Source: an uncultured virus (IMG/VR IMGVR_UViG_3300037466_002758) (Duplodnaviria; Heunggongvirae; Uroviricota; Caudoviricetes). From it: a stretch of 20,000 nt of DNA. The notes beneath the pieces are model-generated. The model was not told where the DNA came from. It saw nothing but the letters and a program-made list of their open reading frames with translations, and ran no database searches. A program made the position numbers and the translations under genes. The stretch lies in the IMG/VR virus record IMGVR_UViG_3300037466_002758. One strand, written 5' to 3'. Shown in pieces: positions 6,838 to 14,568 of this stretch. Every line of letters begins with the position of its first letter. Position 1 is the first letter of the stretch.

Positions 6838-7770
6838 ATGAGCAAAGAGACCATGACCAACGAACGCCTCGACCTGCTGTTGTGCGAGTACCGGGATGCA
6901 GTGCGCGACTACGCCCGCAACCACGACAGCTATCGCCGAGAGGCCGTTGATGAGGCGCGCGCCGCCCTGGTTTCGTTCTTCTCCGATTCTCAACGTGAGG
7001 TCGAGCACTGGAAGAAGAATGCCGCCTCGACGGCCATCGAGTTTCAGGCCCACCGCGAGTTAGCGGACTACGCAGTGAAACTCGGTGAAGCCTACATCCG
7101 GCTGCGCGGCCGGGTGGATGACTTCATCTGCACCATCAGCGCCGACGATCAGGAATACATGCGCAAGTATCCGTCTTCCTGGTACGACCTGAACGCGGAG
7201 TACGACGACAGCATCGAGTTCGCGGAGGAAGTGGAAACCGCGCTCGCCAAGAATCCATCAACGGGAGGCGGTCTTACCGAGCGGAATCCTGCCCCGGATC
7301 TCGGTAGTGTCGAGGGGCCCTCCCACCCTTCATGCGTTCCTGAAACAAGGGACAAGCTGGCATGGGATGACGGCACCCCGCGCGCCGAGGTTATCCGCGT
7401 GCTGGACCGCTACTTCGGCGAGGACGAGGGCGCCTCGATTGCGTTGGGCTTCGTTGCCGACGACATCCTCAAGGCATTGCGCCTCCAATCAGGAACGTAT
7501 TCCGAGCCGTTCGACTCGTCGGGCGCCCCCATCGGTGCGGACGTGGCCGCACGTCGTGCGGCGGCGCAGGAGGGAACGCAGTTCTTCGAGGAGTGGCTCG
7601 CCGCGCTGCCCGACTACTTCCACGGCTTCACCGTGGAGGACATGCGCGACCTGTTTCGCTTCATGCCTTGCGTTCATCAAGTAAGGCGCTCGCCGAAGTG
7701 TCCGGCGTGCGGCTACGTCGAAAGCCACGACCCGAATTGCCCCGCGCCCGAGACGCGCGAGGACCTTTGA
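6838..7770 (+). CDS. Chimeric multi-module hypothetical protein (310 aa) with a C-terminal CxxC…H…C motif
   Basis: Long ORF with typical codon bias; start 6838 or 6853. Low-complexity linkers separate helical blocks; ends KCPACGYVESHDPNCPAPETREDL. Confidence 0.75.
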   Translation: MSKETMTNERLDLLLCEYRDAVRDYARNHDSYRREAVDEARAALVSFFSDSQREVEHWKKNAASTAIEFQAHRELADYAVKLGEAYIRLRGRVDDFICTISADDQEYMRKYPSSWYDLNAEYDDSIEFAEEVETALAKNPSTGGGLTERNPAPDLGSVEGPSHPSCVPETRDKLAWDDGTPRAEVIRVLDRYFGEDEGASIALGFVADDILKALRLQSGTYSEPFDSSGAPIGADVAARRAAAQEGTQFFEEWLAALPDYFHGFTVEDMRDLFRFMPCVHQVRRSPKCPACGYVESHDPNCPAPETREDL

Positions 7771-7796
7771 TTTTTCACCCCACGAAGGAGACCACC

Positions 7797-7922
7797 ATGG
7801 CAGTGCGTTGCAAGTTCGTAGTCCAGTCCGTCACCCGTCGCAAGAACTGGGACAAGAGCAAGTCGGACCTTTTCGACGTGAAGCTCACGCCGGTCACGAG
7901 CGGCAGCCCGGAGCGCGCCTGA
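7797..7922 (+). pseudogene. Apparently truncated phage hypothetical protein (41 aa, MAVRCKFVVQSVT…PVTSGSPERA)
   Basis: Strong SD AAGGAG. Matches the N-terminal half of a recalled phage family of about 80-90 aa but stops just after GSPE. Confidence 0.55.
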
Positions 7923-8179
7923 TGGCCCACGCCCAAGAGTGCGATTCGTGCGGCACGCTGTTCAAGCCGGTCGCGGGCACGGTGTCGCTGGAGTATTCCC
8001 TGTGCAACGGTGGCAACAGCTACACGGGCTACACCCCGGACGACCACGACAGCCGTTTCGCGCTGTGCCCGAAATGCAGCGCGGCATTCCTCGCGTTCAT
8101 CAAGCACGACGGCGAGCGCGGCGACGGCCAGCAGGGCACGCCGCTCCCCGAATGTCCCGCGATAGGAACGAAGTCGTGA
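7922..8179 (+). CDS. Small zinc-binding protein (85 aa)
   Basis: TGATG coupling; CDSC…CPKC motif pair. Confidence 0.75.
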   Translation: MAHAQECDSCGTLFKPVAGTVSLEYSLCNGGNSYTGYTPDDHDSRFALCPKCSAAFLAFIKHDGERGDGQQGTPLPECPAIGTKS

Positions 8180-8394
8180 AGCGCCCCGCCCCGAGGGTCA
8201 TGTGGGCCGTGGTCCTCATCCAGCGGCGCTCGAGCTGGATTCACCACGAGACGATTCGCCGCACTCGCTACGAGGCCGTCACCGCCTACCTCGCGATGTG
8301 GGAGCCCGCCTATCACGGCGAGATCCTTCGCGGCCGAAACAAGCGCTGGCGCACCGAGCGCGTGCGCGTCGAGTGCCTTTCGGAGAGAACGTAG
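8176..8394 (+). CDS. Hypothetical basic protein (72 aa)
   Basis: GTGA coupling, in frame with ORF 7939..8394; stop abuts the next ATG. Confidence 0.65.
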   Translation: MKRPAPRVMWAVVLIQRRSSWIHHETIRRTRYEAVTAYLAMWEPAYHGEILRGRNKRWRTERVRVECLSERT

Positions 8395-8841
8395 ATGGAC
8401 GTTTACACGATCCTATCGATGCCGTGCGCGAACTGCGGCGCGCGGAACGTGCTGCACTCGACCACCGGGGAATGCCCGAGAGTGCTTGCCGCGATGCAAG
8501 GCAGCACTTTCCAGCCGAGCGACCGCGAAGCGTTCGACCGAGCGCGCGGGCGTGAGACTTCGCAAGGGCAAGTAGTCCGCAACATCGACGCCTTCCAGTG
8601 GACCGGCGACCTTGACGCTTTCGCCAAGTGGTTCGGCGAGCGCATGCCGATCGACTTCGGCAACCGAATCTCGGTGCCGGTCCACAAATCGCAGGAAGGG
8701 AAGTGGCTCGGGCCGTGGCTCAGCGTGTGGTGCGGTAACTGGATCATCCGTCACGAAGGCCGGTGCGAGTGCGTGACCGACATTGTGTTCCGCAACTTCA
8801 TCGCGCCGCATTACGAGAACGTCGCAGGGCAGAAGCCATGA
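8395..8841 (+). CDS. Two-module hypothetical protein (148 aa): CxxC…H…C motif fused to an 'xAFQWTG' phage domain
   Basis: PCANCG…H…ECP at the N-terminus, linker RETSQG, then IDAFQWTG…GNWIIR…C…DIVF…YE. Confidence 0.7.
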   Translation: MDVYTILSMPCANCGARNVLHSTTGECPRVLAAMQGSTFQPSDREAFDRARGRETSQGQVVRNIDAFQWTGDLDAFAKWFGERMPIDFGNRISVPVHKSQEGKWLGPWLSVWCGNWIIRHEGRCECVTDIVFRNFIAPHYENVAGQKP

Positions 8842-9140
8842 ACGTCACCGCTCAGAAGATTCACGCGCTCATGCGCAAGGCGGCGGTCACGAAGTCCACC
8901 ACGCGCCGGTCAGGACAGGTGCGCGGCTGGTCCATCGTGTCGCCGGGCTATGCCGTGGTGGAGCAGGACGACGGGTTTCTCGTCTACTGGAAGAGCGAGA
9001 CGGGTCCGCGCATCAACGATGCGGCTGCGCGAGAGGGCCAGCTTCAACGCTACGAGGCCGCGCTGGCCGCGCTCAATCCGGGCCGCTCGACGCATTGGGA
9101 TAAGCCCTGCGTCTTCATCGCCAAGCGCCTCGCGATATGA
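8838..9140 (+). CDS. Hypothetical protein (100 aa)
   Basis: ATGA coupling at both ends; in frame with ORF 8763..9140. Confidence 0.7.
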   Translation: MNVTAQKIHALMRKAAVTKSTTRRSGQVRGWSIVSPGYAVVEQDDGFLVYWKSETGPRINDAAAREGQLQRYEAALAALNPGRSTHWDKPCVFIAKRLAI

Positions 9141-9268
9141 ACGCACGCATGAAGGCCATCGTTCGCGAGCATGCTCACCGCATCGTGGCGCTGATGTCAC
9201 GCGGGAAGCCCTTCACGTTCATGGGCATTCGCTTCACGCCCTCACGCCCTTCGGAGAGCCGCAAATGA
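9137..9268 (+). CDS. Hypothetical protein (43 aa, MNARMKAIVREHAHRIV…)
   Basis: Translated by hand; ATGA overlaps at both ends fill the gap exactly. Confidence 0.6.
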   Translation: MNARMKAIVREHAHRIVALMSRGKPFTFMGIRFTPSRPSESRK

Positions 9269-9462
9269 GCGCGTCCGTCATTCCCATGCCGCCGTGCCGC
9301 GACTGCGGGAGGCTCCTCACGATGGAGGAGCACCACTACTACGAATACCGCTGCGAGGGCTGCGAGGCCGCATGGCACGCACGCTTGCAGGCGTGGAGGC
9401 GCGGCGCGCCCGATCCGGTGTTCGACGCCATGTTCGGGACTTCGGAGGTCAACAAGTCGTGA
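9265..9462 (+). CDS. Small zinc-finger protein (65 aa)
   Basis: SD GGAG; ATGA coupling; CRDC…CEGC. Confidence 0.75.
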   Translation: MSASVIPMPPCRDCGRLLTMEEHHYYEYRCEGCEAAWHARLQAWRRGAPDPVFDAMFGTSEVNKS

Positions 9463-9674
9463 GCACCTACAACCATAAGGGCTTCGCAATCAGCTTCACG
9501 CCGACATTCTGGTGGTGCATCAAGGCCGCCGCGAAACGGCTCGTCGGGCAGGAGTTCCTTTTCACCGTGAAGGTGTGGGACGACTGCTGGAAGGTCGAGG
9601 GGCTGCAGGCCGAATACTTCGCGATGCCGATCGCTGACGAGCCCACGCGCCATTTCGGGAGACGAGAGAAATGA
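9459..9674 (+). CDS. Hypothetical protein (71 aa)
   Basis: SD GGAGG; GTGA coupling; in frame with ORF 9294..9674. Confidence 0.65.
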   Translation: MSTYNHKGFAISFTPTFWWCIKAAAKRLVGQEFLFTVKVWDDCWKVEGLQAEYFAMPIADEPTRHFGRREK

Positions 9675-9940
9675 AAATCCGCAGTGGCCCGTTCAAGGGC
9701 AAGGAGCTGATAATCGCCGAGCAGGATGTGGTCGATCGGCATCCGGACATCGTGGATGAGATCCTCGAGTGCATCGGCATCAAGGAGGCGCTCGTGACGG
9801 ACCTGTCGGAGCTGTCGGACTTCGGGGTGCACCACCTGGAGCGGGTTAACAGGCACTTTGGCCTGGAACTCGCGACGGCGTACATCTCATTCCCGGTGCT
9901 GATCGACCTGATTGAGAAGCGGCGCAAGCCCCCACAGTAA
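9671..9940 (+). CDS. Hypothetical protein (89 aa)
   Basis: ATGA coupling upstream, TAATG coupling downstream; typical codon bias. Confidence 0.75.
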   Translation: MKIRSGPFKGKELIIAEQDVVDRHPDIVDEILECIGIKEALVTDLSELSDFGVHHLERVNRHFGLELATAYISFPVLIDLIEKRRKPPQ

Positions 9941-10539
9941 TGCTCAGCCCATTCAAATATGCGCAGTGGAACAAAAGCCCCGTGATGACCGCCGACGCCA
10001 ACCGCCGCATGTTGGAGCAGCTCGTGTTGCGTCGGAATCTCCCGGTGAGACTCACCGTACAGCTCGACCTGGGCGAGCTCTCGACGCGGGCCAGGAACGC
10101 TATTAAGCGCGCACTCAAGGCCGGCTTCATGGACAGCTACAGCGGCGTGGCAGCGCAGGTCTATGAGGTGCTCTGCAAAGCGCACGGACTTCCATGCGTC
10201 ATGGCGCGGACGCGGAACGCAAAATCATGGCAGACCGCCGCAGTGGTCCTGTATTTCCGAGGGGGAGCTGATCTGGACAACAAGCCGCTCACCGAGCTCT
10301 TGCACGCGGACCGCGTGGCTGCCCGGCTCCAGGGGATAAGTATCGTACCCAAGAGCGACTCTGGCATCGACATCGCGTGGAACACGAGCGGGTTTGCTGT
10401 CCAGCGGCTGTTCGCGATGTGTGAGCACGAGACCATTACAGAGACTATGAAGACTCGCTACACACCTGAGATGTTGCAGCAAGTCGAGCGGGTTGTACAC
10501 CAGCTCGACGCAGGCGAAGTAATCACATTCAATTACTAA
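9940..10539 (+). CDS. Hypothetical protein (199 aa)
   Basis: TAATG coupling; long ORF filling the space; no motif recognised. Confidence 0.75.
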   Translation: MLSPFKYAQWNKSPVMTADANRRMLEQLVLRRNLPVRLTVQLDLGELSTRARNAIKRALKAGFMDSYSGVAAQVYEVLCKAHGLPCVMARTRNAKSWQTAAVVLYFRGGADLDNKPLTELLHADRVAARLQGISIVPKSDSGIDIAWNTSGFAVQRLFAMCEHETITETMKTRYTPEMLQQVERVVHQLDAGEVITFNY

Positions 10540-10548
10540 TAGGAGAGT

Positions 10549-11277
10549 TTGTTTAGCACCATGCTGACTCACAAGGAAGTAACTCAGTGGTACCAGCAGT
10601 GGCATCCGCAACATGACTTGTTCTATAACTTCGATCGGGACTGCTGGGCTGTTCCCGAAGGCGAGAAGATCGCGCTCTATCACCAGATGAAGCGGCTTGC
10701 GGAAGTCGGGTCGGACGAGACATGGATCTTTTGCTGGGAGAAGAGAATCTCGACTTCAGATGCGGTCCGTCTATCGAGTGCTACCGGGATTACCGTAGGC
10801 CTCGATGCGTCGCAACACCGCAACAAGAAGCAGACCGTCCGCGTGTATGCCGAGAATGCGACGGACATCCCCTTCACGCCGGGGATGCGGGTACGCGACA
10901 AAAAGGTCCTCGAGCCGCACAAGTATGTCGACGAGGTCCGCAGGACGAACCTGCAGCGCGGTCGAGAGGTTCGAGCCAAATACCTGGACCCGGTCGTGAA
11001 GTTAGCGAAATCGCTCGTGCGCCTGGATGGCGTCGACTGGCAGAAGCTCAAGTACACCCACGAGTTTCCCGAAGGATTACTCATTGCAACCAACCACGGT
11101 CACCAAGAGGCCGAGCTTTTCCTGGGGTGGGCGCTCGCGCGAGTTCAGTGGTGGCTGAAGGACAATGACTCCACCCGCTTCGACCCGATGCACGATGTGC
11201 AGAGGTACGTGAAGGAGCTGCAACGTCGGCTCTACGAACACCACGGCGTGTACTACTACGAGAAAAAAGGAGACTGA
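10549..11277 (+). CDS. Hypothetical protein (~240 aa; start TTG 10549 or ATG 10561)
   Basis: SD AGGAG at 10541-10545; long ORF whose stop abuts the next ATG. Confidence 0.8.
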   Translation: MFSTMLTHKEVTQWYQQWHPQHDLFYNFDRDCWAVPEGEKIALYHQMKRLAEVGSDETWIFCWEKRISTSDAVRLSSATGITVGLDASQHRNKKQTVRVYAENATDIPFTPGMRVRDKKVLEPHKYVDEVRRTNLQRGREVRAKYLDPVVKLAKSLVRLDGVDWQKLKYTHEFPEGLLIATNHGHQEAELFLGWALARVQWWLKDNDSTRFDPMHDVQRYVKELQRRLYEHHGVYYYEKKGD

Positions 11278-11919
11278 ATGTACGTAGCAATTTCAGACCG
11301 GTTCGAGTCCGATGTGCGAAGCCAGATCAGGCTCATGGCCGATAAGGAGTACAGGGCGATCGACCAGCAGAATCCGCTGCCCCGGATCGACGGCACCGAG
11401 AAGGTCTTTCTCGAGCAGCTTTGGAAGGAGCACTTGCCGCTCAAGGACCAGATGCCCACGGAGTGGCTGATGAAGATCACCAACTTCAACATGTGCGTGG
11501 CGTTCGTAGGACTAGACGGCAACACGTGGAATACCAACTACTACGTAACGCCCCTGGCGCCCATCTATGCACCGCCGAGCACGGGAACCTACGGGCTCGT
11601 GCTGAAGGCAGACGCGAGCGACAAGTTCGAGCCTTATCGGCAGCACGCGCGTGCGAGGAACGAGGCCGAGAATCGCTGGGGACAGGTCACCGAGCAGGTG
11701 TGTGGCTTTCTCTCGAAGTGCAAGTCGCTGAACGAGGCGCTCAAGCTCTGGCCGCAAATCGAGCCGTACATCCCGCAGCATTACATGAAGAAAGCGCAGA
11801 CGAAGAAGGCCGGCGGCAAGCGCGACTCGAGCGAAGCGATCGAGGCTGCGAAGCAGTTGGACACAGAGACGCTCACCGCAGCAGCAGTGATTTCTCGCAT
11901 GTCGGACAACACTCAGTAA
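11278..11919 (+). CDS. Nmad5-like (nucleotide modification associated domain 5) phage protein, 213 aa
   Basis: SD AAGGAG. The C-terminal KSLNEALKLWPQIEPY resembles the recalled Nmad5 signature. The CDS is secure; the family is tentative. Confidence 0.55.
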   Translation: MYVAISDRFESDVRSQIRLMADKEYRAIDQQNPLPRIDGTEKVFLEQLWKEHLPLKDQMPTEWLMKITNFNMCVAFVGLDGNTWNTNYYVTPLAPIYAPPSTGTYGLVLKADASDKFEPYRQHARARNEAENRWGQVTEQVCGFLSKCKSLNEALKLWPQIEPYIPQHYMKKAQTKKAGGKRDSSEAIEAAKQLDTETLTAAAVISRMSDNTQ

Positions 11920-11948
11920 CACTCACTTACACAGGAGATTTTTCAACA

Positions 11949-12830
11949 GTGGCAAAACAGAAACCCGTCGGCGCCTGGGAGACCATCACCCCGGCCAAGG
12001 CCGAGAAGTGGTTGAACGAGCTCAACACCAACAACCGCAAACTCCGCGAAGGTGTCGCGGAGGCTTACGCCGAGGACATGGCGCACGGCCGCTGGACAGA
12101 GAACCCCGAGCCCATGATGTTCTACGATGACGGCTCACTCGCGGATGGCCAGCACCGGCTCTTCGCGATTGTGCTCTCCGACACCACCCAGCAGATGTAC
12201 GTGATCCGGGGCGTCGACAAGGCCAACGCGCTCAATATCAACACCGGTTCCACGCGCTCGCTCCAGGACAACCTGCGCATCGCGACCGGCGAGAAGGTGT
12301 CCAAGACCTCGATCGGCATGGTGAAGGTGCTCGCGTATGGCAGCCAGGCCACCGGCTTCACGCGCAGGATGACGAATGCCGAGCGGCAGGAACTCCTCGG
12401 GCGCTTCCGCCCCCACGTCGAGTGGGTGAACGCCCACCGGCCCACGAAACTCCGGGTGAGCAACGCTATCGTCGCGGCCGCGATCGCCAGGGCGCATATG
12501 CACGAGAAAGACCTGGACCGGCTGGGCGAGTTCTGCACGGTGCTGGGTACCGGCATGCCGCAAGGCTCCCAGGACTCGGCGTGCATCGCGATCCGCAACT
12601 ACCTCTTCGAGCACTCGAGCTACCGGCAGGAGTCACGCGATATGTTCCTGAAGTGCATGAACGCTATCCGCTATTTCATGCGCAGGAAGCCCCTCACGGT
12701 CATCAAGACCGTGAAGGAAGAAGCGTACCCGCTGCCCGAGAAGTTCGAGAAGAACGTGCCGAAGCGCACCCTCAAGATCACCCGGGCTCTCACGAAGCGG
12801 GCGGAGGCGCAGGAAGCGGCGAGGAGCTAA
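11949..12830 (+). CDS. ParB/Srx-like N-terminal domain protein with a DGQHR motif (293 aa)
   Basis: GTG 11949 after SD AGGAG (11933-11937). ITPAKAEKWL…NTNNRKL…YAEDMAHGRW…GSLADGQHRLFAI. Confidence 0.8.
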   Translation: MAKQKPVGAWETITPAKAEKWLNELNTNNRKLREGVAEAYAEDMAHGRWTENPEPMMFYDDGSLADGQHRLFAIVLSDTTQQMYVIRGVDKANALNINTGSTRSLQDNLRIATGEKVSKTSIGMVKVLAYGSQATGFTRRMTNAERQELLGRFRPHVEWVNAHRPTKLRVSNAIVAAAIARAHMHEKDLDRLGEFCTVLGTGMPQGSQDSACIAIRNYLFEHSSYRQESRDMFLKCMNAIRYFMRRKPLTVIKTVKEEAYPLPEKFEKNVPKRTLKITRALTKRAEAQEAARS

Positions 12831-12831
12831 C

Positions 12832-13008
12832 GTGCCCTTGGATGTGGGCCAACTTATGGCAGAACTCAAGGCGATTGACATCCGGCTCACGCGCATTGAA
12901 TCCCGGCTGGTCCAGCTCATGCTGCACGCAGGGCTGGACCCGTACAAAAAGAAGTACGATGATCGCCGGGGAGCCCCCGACAAACCGAAAAGAAAGGAGT
13001 CCGGATGA
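12832..13008 (+). CDS. Hypothetical coiled-coil protein (58 aa, …RLTRIESRLVQLMLHAGLDP…)
   Basis: Translated by hand; SD GAGGAG; ATGA coupling to the next gene. Confidence 0.7.
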   Translation: MPLDVGQLMAELKAIDIRLTRIESRLVQLMLHAGLDPYKKKYDDRRGAPDKPKRKESG

Positions 13009-13241
13009 GCACAGCTATCACGATCGACACGCTCGAAGTCCTGGAGGCAGCGCAAAAGCTCTACCATACCTGCACCCAGATGAAGTCCTCCGACATGGAG
13101 AAAGCCAAGGAGATTGCCCGCGTCGCTGACGCGGGTTTCTCTGCGGTAATCCCATACATCAAGGACCGCCAGGCACCCGTGATGCGCAAGCACTACGATG
13201 CCATGAAGCGGATGATCGACTACGCGAAGGAGCTGAAATGA
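13005..13241 (+). CDS. Hypothetical protein (78 aa)
   Basis: SD AAGGAG; ATGA coupling. Confidence 0.8.
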   Translation: MSTAITIDTLEVLEAAQKLYHTCTQMKSSDMEKAKEIARVADAGFSAVIPYIKDRQAPVMRKHYDAMKRMIDYAKELK

Positions 13242-13321
13242 GCGGAGTCATCGTGCTTATTGTGCTGGTCCTGCTGCACGACCCTACACCGGACATCAAC
13301 CACCTCTGGATGGATTTCTGA
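13238..13321 (+). CDS. Putative 27-aa hydrophobic microprotein (MSGVIVLIVLVLLHDPTPDINHLWMDF)
   Basis: SD AAGGAG; ATGA overlap upstream and TGATG overlap downstream. Confidence 0.5.
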   Translation: MSGVIVLIVLVLLHDPTPDINHLWMDF

Positions 13322-13455
13322 TGGCGAACGTGAAGCGTGGCAACATGACACCCCCACCCCAGTGGTGGAAACACCTGCGGGACTGGAAGCGCGTCTTCTG
13401 GAAGAAGGAACGGAAAAACCAGAATCGGGCAATCCAGAAAGAGGATCTCAAATGA
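13321..13455 (+). CDS. Small basic Trp-rich protein (44 aa, …PPQWWKHLRDWKRVFWKKER…)
   Basis: Translated by hand; coupled at both ends; WWKHLRxWKRxFWK recalled as a small phage family. Confidence 0.7.
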   Translation: MANVKRGNMTPPPQWWKHLRDWKRVFWKKERKNQNRAIQKEDLK

Positions 13456-13625
13456 ATCTGCGGCTGCGCATCATCGAGGATGACGAGTGGGCCGAGGCGC
13501 GTATCCAGGTGCAGGCGGGGGAAGGCGCCTTCTACGGAGCGGTGCTCGAGTACAAGAGCAACGAGAAGACGCTCGCCGGCAAGGACATGTGGCTGGCCGT
13601 CCCCGTCGCGTGGAGCAACGACTGA
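13452..13625 (+). CDS. Hypothetical protein (57 aa)
   Basis: SD GAGG; ATGA coupling; in frame with ORF 13260..13625. Confidence 0.65.
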   Translation: MNLRLRIIEDDEWAEARIQVQAGEGAFYGAVLEYKSNEKTLAGKDMWLAVPVAWSND

Positions 13626-13664
13626 AAAACTACTAGGCAACCTGCTAACACAGCGCTAACATAC

Positions 13665-13687
13665 CTCCTCCAACACCACCGGAGGAG
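13665..13687 (+). promoter_or_regulatory. Hairpin sequestering the SD of the DUF3310 gene
   Basis: CTCCTCC (13665-71), 9-nt A/C loop, GGAGGAG (13681-87); ATG at 13693. Confidence 0.6.
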
Positions 13688-13692
13688 CGTGC

Positions 13693-13941
13693 ATGGACGG
13701 CACAGTACCCCGGTTTCTCGCCGACAATCGTCAGGTAGGCGGGGACCACTACAAGTCGTTGAAAGTGCAGCCCTGGGAAGCCATGGCTGCGTGGATGAGT
13801 GAGGAAGCGTTCGCCGGCTTCCTTCACGGCTGCATCATCAAGTACATGGCCCGGTACCACAACAAGGGCGGCGTGCAGGATCTCGAGAAAGCGATGCATT
13901 ACCTGCAGAAGCTGGTGGAAGTCGAGAGGGGGCACGAATGA
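13693..13941 (+). CDS. DUF3310 (SaV-like) phage protein, 82 aa
   Basis: QVGGDHY…QPW…GFLHGCIIKYMARY…KGGVQDLEKAMHYL signature. Confidence 0.88.
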   Translation: MDGTVPRFLADNRQVGGDHYKSLKVQPWEAMAAWMSEEAFAGFLHGCIIKYMARYHNKGGVQDLEKAMHYLQKLVEVERGHE

Positions 13942-14198
13942 GCAATCACGGACCCTTGAGTGGATGCGGCCCGCTGGGGCAGGCCATGTACCCCTCAACA
14001 CCCGGACCGCTGTACTTACCCCCGACGCAGGTCGTACAGGCCAGCAGCTACGATCGCACCTTGGCCCACTTCGCCCTCAAGAAGATCGACAACGGATTCC
14101 TCCTCGAATTCATGGGGCGCACCATCTACTGCGAAAGCGCCGAGGCGATCTCGAAGCAAGTCCTTGTGGAGCTAGTCGCGATGAAACTCGAGGCCTGA
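13938..14198 (+). CDS. Hypothetical protein (86 aa)
   Basis: ATGA coupling; Pro-rich N-terminus, KIDNGFLL hairpin-like segment, C-terminal helix. Confidence 0.7.
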   Translation: MSNHGPLSGCGPLGQAMYPSTPGPLYLPPTQVVQASSYDRTLAHFALKKIDNGFLLEFMGRTIYCESAEAISKQVLVELVAMKLEA

Positions 14199-14199
14199 C

Positions 14200-14568
14200 G
14201 TGGACCTCGACGAGGAGGAAGAGCGGGTACCCGTCCCGCTAACACTCGAAGAACTGTTGTGCGGGAAGGTGTTAACTCCGGCCAGGCGCGGCCGCATTGT
14301 GCTGGGGGCCATGTCGAAGGCCGAGGACGAGCCCTACCTGGCCGAGGAACTCTACCTTCCTCCAGGTGAACGCGAGCGTCGTGTGGTTGCCTGCCTGCGG
14401 GCGGCCGGTGAGCCCCTCTCCGCGCGGGTGATCTCGAAGCGACTCCTCATGCACCGGCACACCGCGATCGAGATCTTGAAGCACCTCGTTCACACAAACA
14501 CAGTTGAGCGCGTGGAAGGATGGGAACCAAAGTGGGCACTCGTGGAACACTCAGCGACGAATACATAG
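14200..14568 (+). CDS. Protein with a C-terminal winged helix-turn-helix domain (122 aa)
   Basis: SD GAGG; RERRVVACLRAAGEPLSARVISKRLLMHRHTAIEILKHLVHTNTVERVEGWEPKWAL fits the wHTH pattern. Confidence 0.65.
   Translation: MDLDEEEERVPVPLTLEELLCGKVLTPARRGRIVLGAMSKAEDEPYLAEELYLPPGERERRVVACLRAAGEPLSARVISKRLLMHRHTAIEILKHLVHTNTVERVEGWEPKWALVEHSATNT

Noticed and set aside
9671..9940. Acyl-carrier-protein-like resemblance of the 89-aa ORF
   Set aside because: No DSL phosphopantetheine motif; the similarity is only in size and helix pattern.
11421..11948. N-terminal 176 aa of the 469-aa ORF 11421..12830
   Set aside because: Overlaps ORF 11278..11919 in another frame; the SD and domain start point to GTG 11949.
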